From contig CBDAOB010000005.1 in assembly GCA_965197905.1 (NCBI GenBank), positions 608,001 through 672,000 on the forward strand: a DNA stretch of 64,000 bases, given 5' to 3'. Shown here in pieces: positions 49,866-59,565 of the stretch (within the stretch, counting starts at the first letter, position 1; each line of letters starts with the position of its first letter). The translations under genes and the position numbers were made by a program. This DNA comes from Candidatus Latescibacterota bacterium. GTDB taxonomy: Bacteria; Latescibacterota; UBA2968; UBA8231. The notes beneath the pieces are model-generated. The model was not told the origin of the DNA and made no database searches. It worked only from the letters and a program-made list of their open reading frames with translations.

Positions 49866-52025
49866 TTAACTTGCGGTGATGGTCGTCTTGCCGTTGATGG
49901 GGCTCGCGTCGAATGCCAGCACATCCATCGGGCAAACGTCGATACAGATGCCGCAGTGTATGCAGCCTGAATTGCGGTTGTCGAAAGCCTGCTGATTCTT
50001 GGCGAACGCCATCACATCTACCCCTACCTGACAGAACTTCGAACATTCTGCGCACGTAATGCATTTCTCGTTCGAGACGATCCTCAGTTTCCCATACCAC
50101 TTGGACAGAAGTTGATTGTAGGCCGCCAGGGGACACCAGAACCGACACCAGATCTTGCCTCCGAAGATCGGATAGAGGGCGATGGGAATGACAGCGACCA
50201 ACCAGAAATCAACGATATAATTGTACGCCATCCACCAGAGATTGTTGCCATCGGTGTTATAGAGTCCCACTACCACGAGACAGACAATGACGCTGGCCAG
50301 GAGAACGGCTGTCGCCTGAAATTCCCAGGCGCGGGAGCGTTGGCCCTTCGGGGCCAAATGCCTCCAGCGGTCGCCCAGGGTTTCGGCCAGACCCCCACAT
50401 CCACAGATCCAGGTGCAGAATCGCTTGCCATGGTTTCTGGCAAGGATCGGAATGGCAACCAGGGTCCCTACCAAGCCGCTGCCAACGAAGAACCAGATGA
50501 TCCATTGGGGATCGTTGGGATACCACCAGAAGAAGCTGTTGAAAAATAGGGGGAACGGTTGGTAAAGGCCCCAGGCGCGCCAAGCGTATTTGACGCTGAC
50601 CGCCTGCACCGCGATCAGGTTGACGATGGCGAAAAAGACGACCTGAAAAGAGAGCAGCGAAACGTAGCGCCAGGTTTGATAGCGGCCGTTTCTGGCCTTG
50701 CCGCGCCAGCGCACCAACGCCTCATACCCGAACACCAACATGATCACTGTGTAGAGCAGGCTGTAGAGAAACCCCTGCTGGTAGCCACGATCGGTGCGCA
50801 GGTCGGCTAGCGCCTCAGGAGAAAATAGTAGAGCGAACGGCGCAAAGATCAGATCGAAGAGAGCGAGCAGGGTCTGATCGTAGGATGTGGCGGTGATGAG
50901 ACCCTGGTAGGGCCAGGCCGCGATCCCCTTGCCGTAGCTTTTCAACGCGTAAACGGAGTAGACGACAGCAAACATGCCGATCAGGAACACCCAACGGCGC
51001 AGGTTCCAGGCGTTGCTCAAGCGGATGCCGACTTTGTCAAAGAACCGCAGTGGCAGCTCGGCTCCAATCATCTCGAAAAGGGTGTCGCACCGAAGATCCT
51101 CACTCGGCCCCCCGGACACGGCGATCTCCACCGAATCCCGTCTTACCTGCTGCACCTGAGAGTCGAGCAGTACCTGCAGCTTGCCCTCCTGCTCCAACGC
51201 GCGCACGGCGTCCACATTCCGCTTCTTCGGATAGGTGAACTCCTGATCGATCGCGGAGAGGGTCACCGTGTTGGTTTCGTCCGATGCAAGGGCGATAGCG
51301 GCTTCGCAAGCCACGTCACCGGCGCCGACGATGGTGATATGCTCATGGTGAAAGTCGTCGACATCAAGCAGGCGGTGATGAATGCGATCGGCAAAATCCT
51401 TTTCGCCGGGAACACCCAGCTTTCGAGGATTACCCGATTTCCCCATTGCCAAAACGATCCGGCGCGCAGTGTAGCTGCCAAGGTCGGTGACTACCTCGAA
51501 CCCACCAACCTGACCTTTGATATCGGTAACCTTCTCTTGTTGGCGGATATCTAGCTTTTCCCGCTCGACGGTTTCGCGCCAGTTCGCCAGCAGGTCCTCC
51601 TTCGTGCATTCCTCGAACCAGACGCGTGAGCGGTTTTCCACGTCCATTGGTTCCGCGAACAACCACTTGCCCTTCATCATGGTGACGAAGGTATTGGCGA
51701 AGGCGGCTGCCTCGATGGTGACGTAGCGCAGACCGAGATCGGCGCACGCAAGGGTAGCTGCAAAACCTGAACTGCCGGACCCGATGATCACCACGTCGTA
51801 GAGTTCGCTGCCGTTAGAGTCGCGCTTGAGCTCGGGAGCAAGGCGATGAATAAGGTCGTGGCCGGCGTTCAGACCCAGTTTTACCAGCGGTGTTCCTGCC
51901 AGCTCGCCCACCACGTAGATCCCCGGAATATTCGACTGCCCATCCTTGTCCGCGTGTGGAAGCGTGGGATAGGAGGGTTCGGGAATCTTTCTCGCGAATA
52001 GGGAGCTCAAGAAATTGCGGGTCAT
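49866..52025 (-). CDS. FAD/NAD(P)-dependent oxidoreductase (TrxR/YpdA-like) fused to NapH/MauN-type membrane ferredoxin
   Basis: GSGSSG and GAGDVA dinucleotide motifs; several TM helices; FCTWICGCG and WCRFWCP; two 4Fe-4S motifs CITCAECSKFC and CIHCGICIDVCP. Confidence 0.85.
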   Translation of the reverse strand: MTRNFLSSLFARKIPEPSYPTLPHADKDGQSNIPGIYVVGELAGTPLVKLGLNAGHDLIHRLAPELKRDSNGSELYDVVIIGSGSSGFAATLACADLGLRYVTIEAAAFANTFVTMMKGKWLFAEPMDVENRSRVWFEECTKEDLLANWRETVEREKLDIRQQEKVTDIKGQVGGFEVVTDLGSYTARRIVLAMGKSGNPRKLGVPGEKDFADRIHHRLLDVDDFHHEHITIVGAGDVACEAAIALASDETNTVTLSAIDQEFTYPKKRNVDAVRALEQEGKLQVLLDSQVQQVRRDSVEIAVSGGPSEDLRCDTLFEMIGAELPLRFFDKVGIRLSNAWNLRRWVFLIGMFAVVYSVYALKSYGKGIAAWPYQGLITATSYDQTLLALFDLIFAPFALLFSPEALADLRTDRGYQQGFLYSLLYTVIMLVFGYEALVRWRGKARNGRYQTWRYVSLLSFQVVFFAIVNLIAVQAVSVKYAWRAWGLYQPFPLFFNSFFWWYPNDPQWIIWFFVGSGLVGTLVAIPILARNHGKRFCTWICGCGGLAETLGDRWRHLAPKGQRSRAWEFQATAVLLASVIVCLVVVGLYNTDGNNLWWMAYNYIVDFWLVAVIPIALYPIFGGKIWCRFWCPLAAYNQLLSKWYGKLRIVSNEKCITCAECSKFCQVGVDVMAFAKNQQAFDNRNSGCIHCGICIDVCPMDVLAFDASPINGKTTITAS

Positions 52026-52099
52026 CTTAGGTGAGTGAGACAGTGGTCGCCCAGGTCAACCCTTAGATGCTTCGGTTATTGCGTCAGATTCATCGGCGG

Positions 52100-52792
52100 T
52101 TACTCGGATGGTGGCCACCCTGGGTCGTCTTTCACCACGAGAAAGTCCTTCTTCAACCGCTCGATCGCTTCGTCATCCAAACCGTCGTAGTAGCCGCGGA
52201 TGCGACCGAGCCGGTCGACGAGTGCGAAATGCTGGCTGTGGGCGATCACCATGTCGGAGTCAGGAGCCTCGTTTACCGCCAGCTTGAACCCGTCCTTCGC
52301 GAGCGACCAGATAGCTCTCCGGTCTCCAGTGAGGAAGGTCCACTTCAAGTGGTCGGCTCCAAAATTGCGCGCGTACCGATGGAGGACCTCGGGAGTATCG
52401 TAAGTGGGATCCACAGTGATACTGACGAGACGGCCAGCTTCGAAGTCGACATTGCCAGTGAAGGTTTGCTGCAGCTTGGCAAAGGCGGCTGAGAGCCGAG
52501 GGCAGGTGGCCGGGCAGCGGGTAAAGATGAATGAAACAATCCAGACCCGTCGTCCCAAACGATCGTTGTCGATAGTGAATCCATCCTCGTTGGTCAGCGA
52601 GAAGGGAGGCACGGTGCCGAGAATTGGCGGCTTTTCAGGGTACGCCCCACCTCCGGATCGACCCGCCTCCCCGACTTTAATCTCCTCCCCGGGTTGGGAG
52701 TCTCCACAGCCACACAGAGGCGCAATGGAGAGCAGCGCGAAAAGCAAGCCGATGTTGGAACACAGCAGCGAATGGCGTGCTCCGAACCTCAT
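52100..52792 (-). CDS. SCO1/SenC family copper chaperone (lipoprotein)
   Basis: FIFTRCPATCP (CxxxC), SITVDP.YDTP, IAHS; ATG 52792 overlaps the DegT stop. Confidence 0.9.
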   Translation of the reverse strand: MRFGARHSLLCSNIGLLFALLSIAPLCGCGDSQPGEEIKVGEAGRSGGGAYPEKPPILGTVPPFSLTNEDGFTIDNDRLGRRVWIVSFIFTRCPATCPRLSAAFAKLQQTFTGNVDFEAGRLVSITVDPTYDTPEVLHRYARNFGADHLKWTFLTGDRRAIWSLAKDGFKLAVNEAPDSDMVIAHSQHFALVDRLGRIRGYYDGLDDEAIERLKKDFLVVKDDPGWPPSE

Positions 52793-54036
52793 CGGGCATC
52801 CCTGTGGTGCAAAACAACCTTGCGGAGGGCAGCAATTGCATCGTCCAGGTCCTTCTGGGACAAACTCGGCCGCATCTGCATTGCTATGCTGCGACCCATT
52901 AGTGCCTCGCCGTAAGGACACCAGGCCTTGGTGTAATCCACAGTCTCTTGCCGATTGTAATCAAAAGGGAAGTGGGATTCGCCATACATCTTCGGCTCGG
53001 CGAGAAACGGATTCTTGTAGAGCGGTCCGAAACGTCCACTGCCGATGAAGGGACCACCAAACGGCACCCCCTCCGCTTTCACGGCATCGGCAAAATCAAA
53101 GGCGCTGATGCCCAGGGCATCGGTGTCGACGGTGAAACCGAGCACCCAATGGGTATGGCGGTCTCCAGGGCGAATCTTCTGACGTTGAATCTCCGGCAGG
53201 TCGGCGACTCCATCCATGATGTAGTTGGCGGCGCGAATCTTGCGCTCGACATACCCTTCCACCTTCTCCATCTGCGTTAGTAACAGGGCGCACATCATCT
53301 CGTTGATCTTGTAATTGGGGGCCAGGAAATAGTTGGCGTAATCCTTGCCTTCCAGCGGACCGTTGTCACGCGGCAGTGCCATATTCCGAAACAGGATGGC
53401 ACGTTCCCACAGTGCCTTGTTATTGGTCATAACCATGCCCCCACCCGCGGCGGAGAGATGTTTGCCGCCGAAACTGAATCCGGCAATATCTCCCAAGGAA
53501 CCGACCCGTTTGCCGTTGAACTCGGCAAGGTGAGCCTGGCAACAGTCCTCGATGAGGAAGAGGTCGTGGCGTTTGGCCACATCCCGCAAACCGGCCATAT
53601 CGCACGGATTGCCGAAGAGATGGACGGCAATAATAGCCCGGGTGCGGTCGGTGATCTTCGCCTCCACATCCTTGGGGTCGATGTTATAGGTGTCGTCGAC
53701 GTCGGCGAATACCGGCACGCAGTTTTGAAATAACAATCCGATGATGCTGCCTCCCGAGGTCCAGGGGGTAACGATGATCTCGTCACCGGGGTCGGGGTTG
53801 ATGGCGGCGACGCACGTGTGCATGGCGGATGTACCTGAGTTGGTGGTGACGCCGTACTGGGCGCCGTGCCGCTCGGCGTAGGCCTGCTCGAATTCATCCC
53901 GCTTATTGGTTTTGAATTCGGCGCGCAGAACCTCGGCCACGGCCTCGATATCGGCATCGCCGAAGTCGTGATTCGGACCGTCGAAGGGTTCGGGGCGCAC
54001 CGGGGTGCCGCCGTCGATTGCTAGGGGTGATGTCAT
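52789..54036 (-). CDS. DegT/DnrJ/EryC1/StrS family PLP aminotransferase
   Basis: NSGTSA, VHLFG.PCDM, IEDCCQA, FSFGGKHL (PLP lysine). Confidence 0.92.
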   Translation of the reverse strand: MTSPLAIDGGTPVRPEPFDGPNHDFGDADIEAVAEVLRAEFKTNKRDEFEQAYAERHGAQYGVTTNSGTSAMHTCVAAINPDPGDEIIVTPWTSGGSIIGLLFQNCVPVFADVDDTYNIDPKDVEAKITDRTRAIIAVHLFGNPCDMAGLRDVAKRHDLFLIEDCCQAHLAEFNGKRVGSLGDIAGFSFGGKHLSAAGGGMVMTNNKALWERAILFRNMALPRDNGPLEGKDYANYFLAPNYKINEMMCALLLTQMEKVEGYVERKIRAANYIMDGVADLPEIQRQKIRPGDRHTHWVLGFTVDTDALGISAFDFADAVKAEGVPFGGPFIGSGRFGPLYKNPFLAEPKMYGESHFPFDYNRQETVDYTKAWCPYGEALMGRSIAMQMRPSLSQKDLDDAIAALRKVVLHHRDAR

Positions 54037-54066
54037 GGTTCTCCTCCCAAATTGTTGGATCTCAGT

Positions 54067-55158
54067 TTAATAATCCACAGTGATGCGGCGGCCGGTGTTG
54101 GCCGATTCGTAGATGGCGTCGATCGATTGCAGGACGCGCAACGCGTCTTCCATGGTTAGCTCTGTCTCTTTCTTTTCGCGGGCGCAGGTGATAAACTCCT
54201 GCATCCAAGCAAACATCCATTTCGAACTGGCGTAACCGGCCGGTCCCGGCTCGAGCCGGTGATGGATCGTGCGTTCAGGAGCGTCCTTCCAGGTGCCCCT
54301 GGTGCTCTTCACCATCAACGCCGGTCCGCCAATGGGGGTCCAGTGGGCTTCGCCTTCACTGCCGCGAAACACCAGGGTCTGGTCGTACTCACCTCTCGCG
54401 GCCTGCAGGTAACCGGCATGCATCGTGCCGTAGGCACCGTTTTCGTACTCCATGGTTACCAGCGCAACATCCTCCAGGGGTTCGTCGATAAAGCCAACCG
54501 GACGACCGGTCATCGCCTGTACCGACTTGATTTCGCATCCCATGAGGTAGCGCATCACCTCGAGATAGTGGCAGCCCAGCATGTGCAGGACACCGCCACC
54601 TTCCCCGGCGTCGGTGAACAGAAAACTCTGCGGATCGCGCAGCCCGGGACGCACCTGGGTGGTCACCAGACGCACCTCGATGTCGAGCGGACGTCCCAAG
54701 AGGTCACCATCGATCAGTTGTTTGAGCTCGCGGCAGACCGGATTGAAGCGGTGAGGGTATCCCGGCATGGCCACAACCCCGTTGCGGCGCACAGCCCTTG
54801 CCAATTCCGCTAACTCCGGCGAACGCCGGGCGAACTGCTTTTCCAGATACATATGTTTTCCAGCCTCGGCCAGCTTGATGGCGGTGGCCGGGATCTCCGC
54901 GGCCGGTAGCACGACCACTGCCAGCTCGAACTCTTCGTCGCGGATCAGGTCGTCGACGGAGGTGTAGGTGCGTGCCCCCGGGTCGAACTGCGCCACCGGT
55001 TCCAGCAGGGAAGGGTCAGTGTCTTCGCAATAGGCGACGATCTGAACCCCTTCCAGTTGCCGGAAGGTTCCGATGTAACCCACATAGTCGGGACCCACCT
55101 TGCCCATGTGGCCATGGCGCATGCCGACCATTGCCGTCTTCAACGTGGGGCCGGTCAC
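54067..55158 (-). CDS. Gfo/Idh/MocA family oxidoreductase
   Basis: GKHMYLEK, HRFNP, GGGVL..LGCH. Confidence 0.9.
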   Translation of the reverse strand: MTGPTLKTAMVGMRHGHMGKVGPDYVGYIGTFRQLEGVQIVAYCEDTDPSLLEPVAQFDPGARTYTSVDDLIRDEEFELAVVVLPAAEIPATAIKLAEAGKHMYLEKQFARRSPELAELARAVRRNGVVAMPGYPHRFNPVCRELKQLIDGDLLGRPLDIEVRLVTTQVRPGLRDPQSFLFTDAGEGGGVLHMLGCHYLEVMRYLMGCEIKSVQAMTGRPVGFIDEPLEDVALVTMEYENGAYGTMHAGYLQAARGEYDQTLVFRGSEGEAHWTPIGGPALMVKSTRGTWKDAPERTIHHRLEPGPAGYASSKWMFAWMQEFITCAREKKETELTMEDALRVLQSIDAIYESANTGRRITVDY

Positions 55159-55233
55159 TTCAAGCGCTCCATCGCCGATCTTGCGGAATGCTCCGTCATC
55201 AGTTCGCCGATGATACCGGTGCGACGCGGCGAT

Positions 55234-56277
55234 TCAAGCACACAGCACCACGCGCTGGCGATCGGCGCCCGAGAGCGGCAACTCGACCCAGGCGCTGTTC
55301 TGATCGTGGGAAAGGTGGATAGCGACGATCGCCTCTATAACGTTCACGGACTCCACCGCCGGGTAGGGAAACTCGGTGCCGTTTTCTAGGTTGTCGACGA
55401 TAGCCGCCACGGCCCGATCCATGGAGTTCCTCTCCCCCTTCTTGGAGGGTAACCTATCGCGGCGCCCGTCCCAGTACTCGAATTCCACGTCATCGCCGGA
55501 GGTAGTTGCCCGGCCTTTCGTTCCGTTGATACAGATCTGCGGTGGCACTACAGAGTAGTCGGCGGCATCTACCGTAACCATGAGGCCGCTCTGCATGCGC
55601 AGAACGCTCCACGAACCGTAATCCTTGAAGTCGGGGCCGCGGCAATCCGGTTTGCCGGCGAAATCCAGAGTGCCGGAGACCGCCGCCACGCGCTGTCCGA
55701 CATACATACACATAGCGTCGATGATATGGGTACCGACGCCGCCCGTGCGGCCTGAAGGCCATACCATCGAAACGGAGGTCAGGTCGCCCAGATCCCCGCC
55801 GGCGATGCGGTCGCGAGTCAGGTTCCCATTCGGATTGTAGCGGCGGTTATAGTTGATCGCCAGCAGCGTGCCGCTCTTCTCGCACGCGTCCATCATGGCG
55901 TCGGCGTCACTGGCAATGTTGGCGATCGGTTTCTCGCAGAAAACGGCGCGCACACCCTTCTCGGCGCAGCCAATGGTGATCTCCGCATGGGAGGGGGCGT
56001 AGGTGGCCACACTGACGATGTCGAGATCCTCCTCCTCCAACATCTTCCGCCAGTCGTCGTAGACGCGGGCGCCAGCCCGTTCCGCGAAACGTTCCCGCCG
56101 TCCCGGATCGCGGCTGCTGCCGGCGACGAGATCGACCTTCGGGTTCCCTGCAAGGGAACTGTAGTGGGTGCCATCCAGGTTTTCGACCTGCTGTCCGATC
56201 GCGGTTCCCGAGACCTGGTCGGCGGCTCCAATGAATCCGCAGCCGACGATGCCAGCGCGGTAGTTCGAATCACTCAC
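55234..56277 (-). CDS. Gfo/Idh/MocA family oxidoreductase
   Basis: GIVGCGFIG, VFCEKP, NYNRRY, GTH.ID. Confidence 0.9.
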   Translation of the reverse strand: MSDSNYRAGIVGCGFIGAADQVSGTAIGQQVENLDGTHYSSLAGNPKVDLVAGSSRDPGRRERFAERAGARVYDDWRKMLEEEDLDIVSVATYAPSHAEITIGCAEKGVRAVFCEKPIANIASDADAMMDACEKSGTLLAINYNRRYNPNGNLTRDRIAGGDLGDLTSVSMVWPSGRTGGVGTHIIDAMCMYVGQRVAAVSGTLDFAGKPDCRGPDFKDYGSWSVLRMQSGLMVTVDAADYSVVPPQICINGTKGRATTSGDDVEFEYWDGRRDRLPSKKGERNSMDRAVAAIVDNLENGTEFPYPAVESVNVIEAIVAIHLSHDQNSAWVELPLSGADRQRVVLCA

Positions 56278-56301
56278 GGTTCTTTCCTCCTGCTGCGTTG
56301 C

Positions 56302-57824
56302 TCATTCCAGGTTGAGATCGAAGATGCGTCTTGGATTGGTCCGGTACACCAGCTCGGCCTCAACAGGATCGGTAATGGCATCCATATAGATCCCCAATTG
56401 ATACCAGGGTGCGAAGATCTGCTGGTCGGTTCCAAACAGGATACGCTCCGGGCCAAGAACGTCCGTGGAGCGCCGTATCCTTCCCGCCGTAAGTCCACTG
56501 CTGCAGAACTCGAAATATACATTGGGGAGGTCGGAGATCTTGCGGGCTCCCTCCCGATCATCGCCGTGGGCTTTGATGAAAATCAGATTGGGAAGACGCT
56601 CGGCTGCTTTCCTGAGCCCGGCATAGGGTGCGGCGTCCATATGAATTTTTACCGGCCGGCCGAAGCGATCGACCTCGTCCAACAGCTCCTGCATGCCAAG
56701 ATCGGACATGGGCCCCGCGAATGGACAGTACAGCTTTACACCTACAAAACGAGGATCGCCGAAATACTGTTCCATTTGCGAGACCGAAGCGGGAATGTCT
56801 CGCGCGTCACACACCACGTAGCCGCGCAGGTTGGGATGGCGGGCGAGGAATCCCGCCGTCTGGGCGTTGCCGACGGCCATGTCGTAGTCGATGGCGTGGT
56901 AGGAGGAGACGATGGTCACCTCGATGTTGCACTTCGCCGACATCTCGGGAACGGTCGAGCGATCGAATCCATCGATCGGTTGCGGCAGAAAGAACCCGGA
57001 AACGTGGGCGTGAACGTCTACGATCGGTTTCGCAGGTAGATCGGGCTGATCGTCGATCTGCAGGGGCGAAGCGGGCAGCTGCGTGGCCTTCAGATTCAGG
57101 AGTCGAAGGGCGTTGTTTGCCAGAATCGCCTGTTTCGCACTCTCGGGAATGGAGGCCCCGAGCACCTGATAAAGCAATCCCCGCACGGAATACCTGGGTG
57201 CGTTGCTGGCAAACAGGAAGCGATCCACCAACCCCTCAGACAGGGCGAGCTCCAAACTTCCGGCCAACGTTAACCGGCGGATGCCCGCATGCACCGTTGG
57301 AAAACGGTGCATCACCGTAAGCAGCTCGCCAGTATATTGGTAGGCAACCTCGTTCAAGACAACGGCGACAACGTGGCGCGCGGAGATCTCGCCGATGCGG
57401 TGAATCCAAGCCTCAGACTCTGGCCCGGCCCCGTTAAAATCGACGACGGCGGGAAGTCCCAGGGCGCCTATTGCTTCCAACATCTGCTCAAAGAGCAATG
57501 TGTCCGGCGACCAGTTCTGATTGCCAGGCGCAAAACGGATGGCACGACAACCCCCCCTACGCAGATATCCAGGTCTTCTCTCCATCCCACGTAGCGGCGT
57601 GGATCCAGGGTCCCCACCGGCAGCAACCGGTCATGTCGAGCGGTCTCTTCCAGGGTCTCAACAATCGCCTCGCCATTGACCTGGTTCTTCAGTCCCCGCC
57701 GCGAGGTGGCAAGCGCCAGCGTTATCTTGTGGGTCTCCAACTGACGCACTAGCTCACCGTTAGATGTATTCGGCTCGGCGATCGGATTGGGGCTGAAGTC
57801 GGTAACGAAGTCGACTGCGATCAT
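56302..57824 (-). CDS. Tandem-domain amidohydrolase_2 protein; frameshift in C7 run 57551-57557
   Basis: Degenerate N-terminal barrel (RFLFASNAP, ILANNA.RL) plus complete C-terminal barrel (VDVHAH, GVKL, VKIH, KAHG, ERILFGTD); adding one G joins ORFs 57468-57824 and 56302-57585. Confidence 0.78.
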
Positions 57825-58034
57825 GGTCAGCTCATCAGAAGGGGTTGCCGAAGCGCGATCAAAACGATCTGTTCGGCGCGTCGCTGGGAATCAAGACCGG
57901 AAAATAGTCTCACCGGAGACGAACGTCCATTTCTCAACGCCGTCAGCCGGAGCGGGGCGGGGTAGGCACAGGTTTTTGCCCGGTCCGAGGCCAGCGGCTA
58001 TCTTGGGGCGCACTGAACGGAGACCTGGGGAGAT

Positions 58035-59438
58035 ATGCAGCCAGAATCGACCTTTTCGGTAGAGTGCGGCCGTCGACAGCTGTTCATAGATGGTCACGGC
58101 GTTGCCGCTACCGACCACCTACAGTGGCGCATGCACCAGCCATCGAAAAAAGGCGCGGTGATCAGAGACGAGCGTGGATCTTTGCAAACCCGCAGCATGC
58201 CGGCCTGGGATCCCGAGCAAGAGCAGTACAAGCTCTGGGTCTATTCGGAGGGCGGCGATACGGTCTATCAAAGCAAGGATGGGTTGCACTGGAATCCCGC
58301 CGGCGGACAAAGTGTGAACGTGCGTCACGTGGTGCGTGACGATCTGGACCCCATAGCCTTCCGGAGATATAAAGGCGTGCTGTTGAACGACGGGTTCGTA
58401 TTCTCGGCGGATGGACATCAGTGGCGCTGTCCCGGCGCGGCTCCGGTACGGAGCTCGGATGAGGGTAATCTCTCCTTCAATCGGAATGAAGGGCTCTTTG
58501 TTCATACAGCGAAGCGGGGGGGAACCTATGGACGGTCGGTAGCGATCGCAACGACCCGTGATTTCAAGATCTGGGAGGACTACGGCGTCGTCTTCCAGAC
58601 GGACGAGATCGATCAGAATCGCTGCGCCGGTATCGTCGACGAGTATATGGCGGATGCCACGCCCCTCGACGTGGAACTCCCCGACGACGACGATCCAGAC
58701 TGGGCCTGGCTGAATGTCGATGTCTACAACATGGGTGTATTCGATTACGAGGGGATCTACATCGGTTTGCCGGCAGTCTACTTCCGCCGCGGCAAACGGT
58801 ACTCGAAGTGTATCGTCTGTTTCACCGCCATTGAGCTGACCTGCAGCCGCGACTTGAAGGAGTGGACTCGTCTGGGAGACCGGCAGCCGTTCATAGCCTG
58901 TTCGAAGCCGGGGATGGGCGCCTACGATTTGAGCAAGAACCTGCCGCCATCCAACTTTGTCCGCGGAGATGAGCTCTGGTTCTATTATGCGGGCATAAAA
59001 TCCCAAGGAAGCCAGCAAAGAAGGGATCCCGATCGTGCGGCGGTCTGTCTCGCGGTGCTGCGCCGCGACGGGTTCGTATCGATGGATGCGGGGGAGCGGA
59101 TAGGGACACTTACGACCGAGCCTTTTGTGGTACCCGGTGAAAAGCTGTTCGTAAATGTCGACGCCTATCCGCCAAGGGATGGTTGGTACTGGCGCTACGG
59201 GGCGAGGTTTCGCGAAGAGCCGCAGGAACCCATCCCCGAGCTGCAACTGGGGGAACTAAGGGTTGAGGTCCTCGATGAATCCGGCAACGCTTTTGCGGCG
59301 TCGGCGCCGATTCGGGGAGATCAACCCGGGGCAGAGGTTGAATGGCTGGAGGGCAATGTGGCGAAATCGAACGGGCGTACGGTTCAGCTGAGATTCGCCT
59401 TGCAAAATGCCCGGTTCTACTCCTACTGGTTTGAATGA
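58035..59438 (+). CDS. Putative beta-propeller glycoside hydrolase (GH32/43-like), paralog of 34674-36140
   Basis: RQLFID, SKDGLHW, RRYKG, YGRSV, DVYNM, SRDL..W, RRDGFVSM, YSYW. Confidence 0.7.
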   Translation: MQPESTFSVECGRRQLFIDGHGVAATDHLQWRMHQPSKKGAVIRDERGSLQTRSMPAWDPEQEQYKLWVYSEGGDTVYQSKDGLHWNPAGGQSVNVRHVVRDDLDPIAFRRYKGVLLNDGFVFSADGHQWRCPGAAPVRSSDEGNLSFNRNEGLFVHTAKRGGTYGRSVAIATTRDFKIWEDYGVVFQTDEIDQNRCAGIVDEYMADATPLDVELPDDDDPDWAWLNVDVYNMGVFDYEGIYIGLPAVYFRRGKRYSKCIVCFTAIELTCSRDLKEWTRLGDRQPFIACSKPGMGAYDLSKNLPPSNFVRGDELWFYYAGIKSQGSQQRRDPDRAAVCLAVLRRDGFVSMDAGERIGTLTTEPFVVPGEKLFVNVDAYPPRDGWYWRYGARFREEPQEPIPELQLGELRVEVLDESGNAFAASAPIRGDQPGAEVEWLEGNVAKSNGRTVQLRFALQNARFYSYWFE

Positions 59439-59565
59439 GAGGACAGGGTGTGCTTATTTGATGAATAACAGCAAGTTGCAGAAATATCAGAAGAATGCGC
59501 TTCGTTCCCATCTAACTATTTGCTAATTGGAACTGAAGCGAACGCAGAGCAACTGAAGAGAACCC

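Noticed and set aside
3526..59246. Long antisense ORFs (e.g. 3526-4575, 31596-32612, 55987-57039, 58119-59246)
   Set aside because: They lie opposite well-supported genes and lack recognisable motifs, as expected in high-GC DNA.
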